From NCBI RefSeq assembly GCF_032444005.1, contig NC_091288.1:221836001-221900000 (forward strand): DNA of 64,000 nt, written 5' to 3'. The notes under the pieces are model-generated. The model saw nothing but the letters and a program-made list of their open reading frames with translations. It had not been told where the DNA came from and did no database searches. Positions 48,556 through 59,600 of the stretch are shown piece after piece. Position numbers and translations under genes: made by a program. Source of the DNA: Ranitomeya imitator. Lineage: Eukaryota. Within the stretch, counting starts at the first letter, position 1, and every line of letters begins with the position of its first letter.

Positions 48556-51067
48556 CCCTCCGTCACATACAACTGATCTGACAGGCGCTTCTCTTTTACT
48601 TTCATTTCTCCTTCCTCACCAGATTGTGAGGAAACCCCCTCCCTCCAGGTAGTCTCCTGTCTCTTGAAGGTCTGTGAAACCTGATATCACAGTTGGATTT
48701 CAGAGCTTCAGGGGAGAGGATATAGCTGCACAGATCTCTCAGGCTCATTGTATGTGAATACGTCACATTCAGTAAGGTTGGTATTTTATGTTTTTATTCA
48801 TCACAATAGTTTATTTAGCTTGTTTTATGAATGTATAGCACAAAATGTGAGGATATTTCATAGAAATAAGGGAGATTTTATAAAAGAAAGTGTGCTGCTC
48901 AGGCATATACAGTAGTTCCCTAACATATTCCTTCTCTTGCTTCAGATTATCTGCTGAAATGGAGAGGAAAATGTACAATTTATCCAAACAACTTGATGTT
49001 GAGGAAGTAACAAACATGCTGTTAGATGATAGAGACGTCACACTGAATGAGGATTTAGGAGAGGAAATTGAGATTGATTCTCATGATGAGGTGGAAGAAT
49101 GTGTCCTGGATTCTGAAACAGAGCAAGATGGTGACAGTGGTGAGGATGAAGAAGTTGGATCATATTATATTGGAAAAGATAAAAATACTAAATGGAACAA
49201 GAAGCCATTCCAGAAAAAACGTAGGGAACCTTTAAACATTATTACTCACCTTCCTGCAGTAATAGGAACTGCACGTAATGCAAAAACTGCAGTTGAATGC
49301 TGGAACAGTATATTTACAGATGACATTCTGGACTCTATTGTCACATATACCAACCAATATATAGACATTATAAAGGACAAGTACATCTGCAACAGAACCA
49401 TCAAGCCCACAGATTAAATAGAACTGCATGCTTTTTTTGGATTACTGTACCTTGCAGGAGCTTATAGGGCAAATAGACAAAGTTTGGAGGAACTTTGGGG
49501 TAAAGATGGGGATGGAGTTGAAAAATTTAGCCTTGTTATGTCCATAAACAGATTCAAGATTCTAATTCGTTGCCTTCGGTTTGATGACAGAACTACCCGA
49601 ACCGAACGCAAAACACATGACCGACTTGCTCCAATTCGTGATATATTTCAAAGATTTGTTGTAAACTGTAAACAAAGTTATTACCCTGGAGAGAATCTCA
49701 CTATTGACGAAATGCTCCCTGGTTTTCGTGGTAGATGTGCCTTTCGTCAATATATTCCATCAAAGCCAAACAAATATGGAATAAAAATTTATGCCCTTGT
49801 TGATGCCAGTAAGACCTACACTTACAACCTGGAAGTTTATGCAGGAAAACAACCAGAAGGTCCTTACTGTGTGAGCAACAAACCCATTGATGTTGTAAAA
49901 AAAGACTGGCTGAACCCTTATTTGGATCGGGTCGCAATATTACAGCTGACAATTGGTTTACAAGTTGTGATCTGATTGATTATCTGAAAATTCAGAAGCT
50001 GTCATATGTGGGAACTGTAAGAAAAAACAAAAGGGAATTGCCGCCACAGTTTGTAAGTGTGAAAGAGAGACAACAGTACAGCAGTATGTTTGCATTCCAT
50101 AATGGAAAGGCTTTAGTTTCCTATGTACCACATGCCAAAAAAATCGTACTTCTTCTATCAACACTTCATGATGATGCTGCCATCGATCCTGGGACTGGGG
50201 CAGAAAAAAAACCGGAGATAATTACATTTTACAATGCCACCAAAGGGGGTGTGGATACAGCAGATCAGATGTGCTCCACTTTCAACGTCAGCAGAAACAT
50301 CAAACGCTGGCCAATAGTCATATTTTTTGCTATGTTGAATTTGGGTGGTATAAATTCACAAGTAATTTATCTTGAAAACAAGCTTGAACCACTCCGTAGA
50401 CGATTGTATCTGAAAAAATTGGCCCATGAACTAGTACTTGGAGAGCTACGCAGGAGAAGCGTGAAAACAATCGGTATCCCCTCTCGCCTTCAAGTTCAGC
50501 TCAAAAGGTTCCGCCCAGAAGATGATGGTGAAAAGTCACCATCTGCACCACCTCACAAAAGAAGGAGATGCACCACCTGCCAAACGGAAAGCGGAACCAG
50601 AAGGCTTTCAAATTATGAATGTCTCAAATGTCATAAAGCAATTTGCCTGACACATGCAAAAATGGTGTGTAATTCTTGCTATTTGCTCTGCAAGTGTGAC
50701 TTTTCTGGGGAAACCTCAGCATCTACTTCTGATTGAATATGTTTTTAATAGTACTTAAGGTACCTTAAAATTAAGTTTGTGTTCAAAAATTTTCTTTGTA
50801 CATTTTTTTGAGAGAGTCGAACTGGGGACTATTTGGCGGGAGTTTTGAAAAGTTTGTATTTCATAGTTATTAGTTTTATGTTAAGTAAATTTTTTTTTTG
50901 CAACTGATTATGTGTAGTCTCTTTTATTACATCCCTATGAAGGTCACTGATCACTTTTAGAGCACTGAAATTGCAAACATTAGATATTATAGGTATTTTT
51001 CCAGCAGGCGCCTGACAGGCACATTGTATGTGAACTCGTTAGTCCGAATATTGTATGTGACGGAGGG
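48556..51067 (+). mobile_element. piggyBac DNA transposon, 2512 bp, complete ends
   Basis: Perfect 17-bp TIRs CCCTCCGTCACATACAA; TTAA TSD at 48552-48555 and 51068-51071. Removing it restores the gag frame ...GLSEAIKDVMVGFP.... Confidence 0.97.
48959..50736 (+). pseudogene. piggyBac transposase (about 590 aa) with one nonsense codon (49415-49417) and one frameshift in an A7 run (about 49897-49903)
   Basis: DDD triad in TIDEM, TADNWF and GGVDTAD; PSKPNKYGIK; C-terminal cysteine-rich domain CTTC...CLKCHKAICLTH...CNSC. Confidence 0.93.
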
Positions 51068-51071
51068 TTAA

Positions 51072-51640
51072 TGGCTTCAGAGAGACCCTTTCTGAAAATG
51101 GCTGCAAGCGCAGATTCATTCCATTGAGTGAGCACGGACCATTTTCTAAATTTCTGGCAATATAGCTCTATCTCATCCTGAGCCTGACAAAGAGCCAGCA
51201 AATTTTTTTCTGCCTGATCTACTGAATTAGGCTCATCGTACAGCAATCCAAGCGCCAGGAAAAACGCATCGATATTACTTAATGCAGGATCTCCTGACGC
51301 AAGAGAAAATGCCCAGTCCTGAGGGTCGCCACGCAAAAAAGAAATGACGATCCTAACCTGTTGCGCAGGGTCACCAGCGGAACGAGGTTTCAAAGCCAGA
51401 AACAGTTTCAATTATTCTTGAAACTCAGAAATTTAATTCTATCTCCAAAAAACAAATCTGGAATAGGAATTCTCGGTTCTAACAAAGAATTCTGAACCAC
51501 AAAATTTTGAATATCTTGAACTCTTGCCGTGAGCTGATCTACACATGAAGACAGACCTTTAATGTCCATTGTAACACCTGTGTCCTGAACCACCCAAATT
51601 TCTAGGGGAAAAAAAAGACAAATCACAGTGCAAAGGAAAA
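51072..51640 (-). pseudogene. gag N-terminal part of gypsy family 2
   Basis: EPRIPIPDLFFGDR...KLFLALKP...ISFLRGDPQDWAF; 1-bp deletion near 51410. Confidence 0.88.
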
Positions 51641-51705
51641 AAAATGGTCTCAGAACTTCTTTTTTCCCTCTCTTGAGAATCATTAGTACTTTTGGCTTCC
51701 TGTAC

Positions 51706-52508
51706 TGTTATGATAGGCAATTCAGTAACACAATGTACATAGCGATCAGAGCACATACAGTGATCTGACAATAACCCAAAATAATAGAACGAGCTCTGAG
51801 ACGTGGGAACTCTGTAGACCGCAATTCCTGATCCTCTCCAAACACAACTAGAGGCAGCCGTGGATTGCGCCTAACGCTCCCTATGCAACTCGGCACAGCC
51901 TGAGAAACTAACTAGCCTGAAGATAGAAAAATAAGCCTACCTTGCCTCAGAGAAATACCCCAAAGGAAAAGGTAGCCCCCCACATATAATGACTGTGAGT
52001 AAGATGAAAAGACAAACGTAGGGATGAAATAGATTCAGCAAAGTGAGGCCCGATATTCTAGACAGAACGAGGATAGGAAAGATAACTTTGCGGTCTACAC
52101 AAAACCCTAAAGAAAACCACGCAAAGGGGGCAAAAAGACCCTCCGTACCGAACTAACGGCACGGAGGTACACCCTTTGCGTCCCAGAGCTTCCAGCAAAA
52201 CAAATAGACAAGCTGGACAGAAAAAAAAGCAACAAATAGCAAAGAAGCACTTAGCTATGCAGAGCAGCAGGCCACAGGAATGATCCAGAGAAACACAAGT
52301 CCAACACTGGAACATTGACAGGAAGCATGGATCAAAGCATTAGGTGGAGTTAAGTAGAGAAGCAGCTAACGAGCTCACCAGATCACCTGAGGGAGGAAAC
52401 TCAGAAGCTGCAGTACCACTTTCCTCCACAAACGGAAGCTCCCAGAGAGAATCAGCCGAAGTACCACTTGTGACCACAGGAGTGAACTCTGCCACAGAAT
52501 TCACAACA
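51706..52508 (-). repeat. 5' LTR, gypsy family 2
   Basis: Near-identical to 44193-44995; followed on the minus strand by GTACAGGAAGCC at the PBS position. Confidence 0.96.
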
Positions 52509-53424
52509 CATTCCCACGCTGTCACTCTGTGAACCAGCAGCTGTGACTGGCGGTGACAAAGTGACCACCAGTCAAGTACCAGCTGATGACTACTACTCTT
52601 ATCAGCCAGCGCCTGGTCTCACTGATAGCAGCGATAGCAGGCGACGCTGATGAGAGTAGTCATCAGCTGGTGTCTGTGCATAGCGATATCTTTAGTGCAA
52701 TCCACAGTCACCGGAGACAAAGAAGATGAACGTTGAGTACTTTGTGGGAACATTTCAATAATAAAGACTTTTCTTTATTGAGTACATTAATCTCTACAGA
52801 GTGACAACGTCCTACATGGCGCGGTAGCGGAATTCTGCTCTCATGGCGAGCGGCTGTCTAGGGTGCAGGAGGCAAAAGGAAATTCTTATGAGATATTGAG
52901 ATGTAAAATGTCAAAAGCATAAAAATATAAACTTCATAGAAGAAGCCAAAAGCGAACGACGTTCATCTAGTATTCAGAGGGAGGATCAGCTGGACCAGGG
53001 ACCACAACAATGGACTCCTTGTCTGTAGCCCCAATGTTCTCCAGAACTTTAGTTAATTTTTCACCTAAACTTCATTTATTTTATTTTATTGTTCCTTTAG
53101 TTTCTGACAAGAAAAGCAAGAAAAGTTATTTGATGAATGATTAAAAAAACCTCCAGATTTCTGAGTCCTCGCTGGGCTGATGCTTTATCATCAGATAGGT
53201 ATGAAGGATTTTCTTTACCAAAACCTTCTACCTAAGCCTCATTGCTGGCTACTGACTAATAACAAGGTCATTACACCGGCTATATCTGAAGAATGCTGCA
53301 AACTACACATTTGATTTAATTTTTCCAATTACAAAAATAAGCCGTGTTTTATTCCACAGAAAGGTGTTATGGTCACGGGAAAACCCATTCAATGGATAAC
53401 CCTCATCATTACTAATCCTCTTAC

Positions 53425-53601
53425 CTCCATTTATGGAGCTTCTCATCTTCACCAGGGGCTCTAAAAGTTTCTTCTCCTCTGTGGTGAAGAGGAACAAGTC
53501 TAGAGCTTTCTCTTTAATGGACGGCTGACTGCTTAAGATCCGTAATTTCTCCTCATCATTACCGTCATTTAGGTCATCGACCACCACAATCACATTTTTA
53601 T
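53425..53601 (-). CDS. Exon: second half of TIR-like domain 2
   Basis: tttttag|AT AAA AAT GTG...GGA G|gtaag; NKNVIVVVDDLNDGNDEEKLRILSSQPSIKEKALDLFLFTTEEK. Confidence 0.85.
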
Positions 53602-56600
53602 CTAAAAACAATGTAAAAAATCCAAGACGATTCAGCATAATATGCCTCATTGAATGGTAACAATTGATTCATATTTGTACATTTTCATCTGAGAAGATTT
53701 GTACTGCAGATGTGATCTTCACCCCGAAGACCGAAACACCGAGGAACCAAATCCCAATCTAAGACCAATACGTTAAGACACTAAATAACCAAAACCAAAA
53801 ATACCACATAAATCAGTGGAGAACCAAGTATCTAATGAAGCCTGAAACAAGAAACACTACAGACCCTTTAAGGTGGTTGTGTAATGAAAAATAAATAAAA
53901 CAAAGTTTAGAAACAACTTACTTCAATACTTTGATTATGTTTGGTGGCCGATCCACTCTGGCCTCAGGACGGCCGCTCTGCTCCCAACTTGCGTTCCATA
54001 CAGGAGAGTTCTTTGTGTTTTGGCACATCGTCAGGTTTGTGTGTGAAGGGAGCCGGCTTACTGCTCATTGCTATAGCGAAGACAGACTCCTCTGTCACAA
54101 CAAAAGTATTGACCGAGAAGAGTCGGTGACTAAGCGATGGAAATGAGCAACCAACCAACGTCAACACACAAGGCAATGGCCACCTGCCGACACAGGAAAC
54201 GTTCTTATATGTTGAGCACCAGAGCAAGCCTGTGACCAGAGGGGATTGAAGAACCTGCACTAATGGAACAATATTATCATCTTAATGTTTTTCCCAAATG
54301 TATGCATCATTTTTTGGGTTGGACAAGTCCTACAAGACCCTGTAAAAAGTCTGTGCCATTGCCACTTACTCATCATGGAGGACATGTAGTCCAGCTCATC
54401 GTCATACAGAGAATCAGTGACATCCGTGATATTGATCCTCCCTCGGTTTTTGGTGTGATACAAGATTCCAAAGGTACAATTAGAGACGTTAGTCATGAAC
54501 TGTTGGAAGCCCCTGTTGGAAATATAATAAGACTGGACGTTTTCTACAGAACCTCGGAAATAGTCAGATTCCAGCTCCATCTTCAGCCATTCATATTCAC
54601 TTTCTGAAGATCTTGAAAAGATTCCAACCTTATGGCCCTGGTAAAATCAGAAAGACCATAGAGAAAAGAGTAAAACAAGAGAGATATAAAAAACGTCAAC
54701 TTGAGATCCTTTATGATCACCCATGAGATTTATCTTTTTTTTCTAAAGTAAGAATTTGCCAATTGAGAAATCTTATTTCTTGAAATCCTGCTCTAAATGT
54801 GCCTAATGTGTGCATCACTTATAGAATCACATCCAATATTGTCAGCTGTATACCAGCTGTGAAGAATGTGTACCCATTGTCAAATATGTGTAAGTCAATT
54901 TGACATTACTAAGGCTCTATTTGCACTAAAAAGCTTAAGATGTGTGGGATGTAGTCCTAGAAGACCTCAGAATGTTGTACATGTCTTCTCAGGGCAATTG
55001 GAGGCTTTTCGTCACTATACTTGTGCCACAAAATGAATTGTTGGAAATATTTGGTGAAGTTGGTGAATTCGGATGTAAAAACATTTGCTCTTCTCTATTC
55101 ATGTGAAAACATTGTGAACTTTTATGTCAATCTTAGAATTTCAAAACGAGATGAACTTTCCCAATTTTGAATTCCAATTCAATTTTTCTAATTAAATGCA
55201 CAACCATCCTAATAATTTGGGTGGAGGTATTCCTTAACATCGAGACATCTGACAACACTTAGAATATTGTCTATGGAGCTGTAGACATTCTCTCTTCTCC
55301 TCTTGTAGACATCTCATCTAATCCCCATCACTTTTCTCATGTTTGTCCATGTAGCAGCATTAGGAGTCGTCTCTTACCGTCCAGGAAGCCGAACCTGGAA
55401 CAAAAGTGCAGAAAAGCTGAAATTCACTATGTGCGTTGAGTGACACCTCAACCTCTAATCTTATTCTGTGGAAGTATTTTAGACTTAGACTCATGGTACC
55501 TTTTAAAATTGTCTTCATTTTCTCCATCTTCGTGTTGTAAAGCTTGAGATTGTCTTTATACCAGGCGATTTGTTGTTTTGAGAACTTTAGAACCGGAAAA
55601 TTGTGTTGACCGTTGATTTGTCGAGGAGGACAATTGTCTGGAGTCTTTTCACTCAGCAAAATTATAACATTTTTCAGGCCTTAAAGTCAAAGAGAAAAAA
55701 GTAATACTCAGAAAGACTCAATCTAAGCCGCAAGTCTAAATGGAAATGTCTTACATTATAGGAGCACATTATTCTGATACAGATACAGCAACTTCTGAAA
55801 CGGCCTGGTCACATTACCCTGGATGTCTAGTCTGTGTCAAGTGCTTCAGTCATACTTGTGATATACAAAACTAGACACAAAGCTAATTTACCGTAATAAA
55901 AAGACAACTCCTCCACTTCTCGCGATGACTCTGAATCCCATTGGTCACTTTCAAAACAGAACACGACACAAGAGCAGGAGGAGACGCTTTTCCTGAATTT
56001 CCAATCTCCATCAATTTTAAAAATTTCAATCTTTTCATCACTTTTATACTCATTGAAGATTTCTGATTTCAGCGCGTCCTTAATCCAGTCACACGAGTAC
56101 GGAGACTTAGTGACAACCTGCAACTCGTAAGAAGTAACAGCATCAGAACGGAAAGTGGGCGAGGATATTTCATTTATCAATACTGGGTATTGATGTAAAG
56201 AAGAAAATGTTTCAACATGTCTCCGTGTGAAGAGAATATCTAAGACAGTAGCCTCCACTGTCTCTATGGATGACCAATTAGACAAAGGGGCTGGTTTAGC
56301 TGTCAGCCAGCCTCCTTCACGCACCACCAGTACAGGAAGCATTACTCAGAATTGGATGTTCCCATTAACATATCAGGACATAAACTTCATTGGTACTGCA
56401 TCATGAGTGGTAAGAGATGACACTGAAGGGGTCACACAGATTCCACCACTGCCACCAATTTTCAAGAGATGACGCCAGAGAGACCACGCAGAGTCCCACT
56501 GCTGCCACCAATTGTCAAATATCATAGCCTGGGGGGACGTAACTGATCCACCAACACTGTTATTTTTGTTTCATGAACAGCCCTCTCCTCCCCCTATTGT

Positions 56601-59600
56601 CCGGACAATTACACAATTACCAGCTGTTTCCAATAAGGCCGGTTATGGGGAAAATAATAGTGAGCATAGGGTATATACACCTCTGATTCCCACACATGGG
56701 ATTTGTGTATATCCCCCTGACACAGTCACTGCTAGCTCCATGATAACCCACAAAACTACTCGCTGCCACTATTGATCGTTTTTTATATACAGGCCGACTG
56801 GAAGACTGATTCTGGTAATATATGACTTTGGAGTGCGGTTTAAAGAACAAAAGTAACAGAACTATTAAATGTTATCCTCAATCCATTATCCATTATAATA
56901 TTTGGCCATCGTATGTGATACAGAGACCTTTGGCCTCTAAAACACAAGCACCTGGCTGAGGGACAATCGCTGCACCCCCTCTATCTACACTCCTGATCCT
57001 TCTGGTTAAATATCTTTCTTCTAATACTAAAAAAAAATTAATTCATCAAAGAATGCTGAAAATAGTCCACTGGCAGGCTCATGTGAAATACTGCTATAGA
57101 GGTGACAGGAGCAACATTGTGTCCAGTGTAAAAACAAAATACTAGACAATGTGGAAAAACATCATCCATACGTCATAAGGGCGAGTATATGTAAAGGACG
57201 TGATGAGACGGGCACAAGTTCATCATATGACATCTTGCAAGTGTGTGATGCTGTAAAAAGGAAATTACAATGATGGATCTCAAGTAGTAACATCCCTAAA
57301 CTCCACACAGCACCCACCAACCTAAAAAATAATAAATAATAGACCTTACCCACAAAGACGAAACACATTTATGCCAATTTACATATTTCCAATTATCTGA
57401 AAAATAGAGAAAAGTGAAGAACATGATCGACACTGCACAAAGGGTTAATCGATCAGGACAGATCTATATACAGTAAGCACTCACCTGATATTGTGGGGTC
57501 GACAAGATCAAAGTCTTCATTAAATCCTAGAAAAGATCATAAAATACAGTTACTGATCATGGTCCCTCTCATCATATAATCCCCCCGTAATAAAATTACA
57601 ATGGTAACATGTCAGGGACACAGCTGGTTACATCAGGGGGCTCTATAGGTGGGGGGCAGGGGTATTATTAGTGTGCTCCTCCTATGGTTCCTCACTTCTA
57701 CATAACATAATAAACTAATTTACTATCTATAAGTTTGAGCTTTTTCGTTGATGATTTTTCTAGTTCTCAGATAGATAAATGTCACTGAGAACCGCGGCAG
57801 CATGAGTGTGAACAGCAGGAGAACGGCTGATTTCCAGCAGAGCCGCGGAGTCAGATAGAGCTGCAGGCTTAGTCCAACGCTCTTCAATATTTACATCAAT
57901 GAGCTGGCCACTGTTCTGGAATCCTCCGAGGCATCAAGTCTCACACTGTATGATGCCCAGGTGAAATTCTTCCTGTAAGCAGATGACCTACTATTGCCAT
58001 TAACAACAGAGGCAACCTGAAAATCTTGGAGAAATTCAACTCCACATGGCCACTACCAATCAACCCCCCAAAACCAATATCATGGTGTTACAGAAGAGAA
58101 AGCCAAGATGGGACCAGCACTCTCCATTTGTGCTAAACAACTGTACATTTACAGGAACGGACAAATATACCTACCTGGGCCTGAAAACTCACCAGTCAGG
58201 AAGCTTCAAACAAGCCATAGAGACCCTGAAAGACAAGGCCTGCAAAACCTTCTATACCATCCATAGGAAACTCTACCATCCTAAGCTACCAGTGATGGTC
58301 TGGCTAAAAATCTTCGATGCCATAATCACCCCAATCCTCCTGTACAGCAGTGAAGTCTGGGGCCCTCACACATCCCCAGACAGGTCAATGTGGGATTCCA
58401 GTCTAACAGAAATATTCCCCCTGGAATTCTGTAAACACCTTCTCCAGGTCCATCAGAGCACCACCAACATTGCCTGCCGAGCTGGGCAGATTCCCACTGC
58501 ACCTAGCAGTCCTGAAGAGGGTGCTATCCTTCCAGGATCACCTACAGAGTAGCAACACAAGCTCCCATCACCATAAAGCCATGCTACATATAGGTGGTCC
58601 CCACAATCCAGGACCCCTAGAACAGCTCACTCAATCCCAACCTGACCGAACCATCAACCAAAACAACCTGACAAAAGTCACAATCAGGAAGATGGTAGAG
58701 GAGGGGCAGGAGAGGTATGTCAGTGACTGGAGGAACGAGATCATCAGCTCACAGAAACTGACCATGTACCGGAGCCTACAGAGAGACTACAGACTGGCCC
58801 CATATCTGGAGAAACTCACGGACCCCAGAGACCGCCAGATCCTGAGCCGATATAGACTCAGCGCCCACAGTCTGGCCATCGAATGTGGCCGACACAGGCA
58901 GAGCTACAAGCCCAGGGAGGAAAGACTGTGCCAACACTGTGACCAGGAGGCCATAGAGGACGAAACCCACTTCCTGCTACACTGCTCCAAATACTCAGCA
59001 GTGAGGGACACTCACTTCAGGAGACTTTCCGATCTCTTTCCGGATTTCAGCTCCATGAAGGAGGAAGAGGAAGCATATATCCTGCTGGGGGAAGAAGAGA
59101 GCGCAGTGGAGAGAACAGTGCAGTATGAAAGCGTGGGGGAAAGAGCAACACAGTACGTGATCGCAGAGGAGCGCAGTGCAGTATGTGAGTGTGTTTCATA
59201 GGCTGTGAGAAAGACAACTATAAGATGCCATGGACTTCCATAACCCTCAATCTGAGTTTTTCTCACGGTGCTAGCAGGGATCTCACCAAAGTCATGTCAG
59301 TTCAGCCCGGCAGGGAAAGCAAAAAAGTTAAACTGTGTTTAGTCTTATCTCTAATAAACGACTTTATTCTGCCTGTGTCTTTATTTACCATGCAACTATA
59401 GGATTAGTAATGGAGAAGTTTCATATGGACGCCACTCCACTAGTAATCCGTGGGCTTAATGTCACCTGACAATACAAAGGTGACATCAACCCCACAAATA
59501 TAAACCCCACTTGCCACTACTACCGCTTTTAGCAATTGAAAAAAAACAGCATGGGGACCCCACTATTCTTGATAACCAACCTTGTTGAAGCTGACAGCTG

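Larger units (their letters stand above)
44193..52508 (-). mobile_element. Full-length Ty3/gypsy chromovirus, family 2 (Tf1/sushi-like), with a piggyBac inserted in gag
   Basis: Two 803-bp LTRs with 4 differences seen, PPT AAGGGGGGG next to the 3' LTR, gag-PR-RT-RH-IN-chromodomain order, and CATTCC flanking both ends. Confidence 0.97.

Noticed and set aside
52780-53290. Terminal exon of the TIR-like gene
   Set aside because: At least three candidate acceptors (about 53285, 53103 and 52858) each give a short C-terminus. I cannot choose between them without RNA data.
55827-56342. 171-aa ORF as a stand-alone gene
   Set aside because: Only 55892-56182 aligns with the repeated domain and is bounded by splice sites. 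The rest is intron read-through.
57172-57396. Possible additional exons of the TIR-like gene (57396-57350 and 57321-57172)
   Set aside because: Both have plausible splice sites, but they are only 28 nt apart and their phases (1/0 and 2/2) do not fit the chain. Left unresolved.
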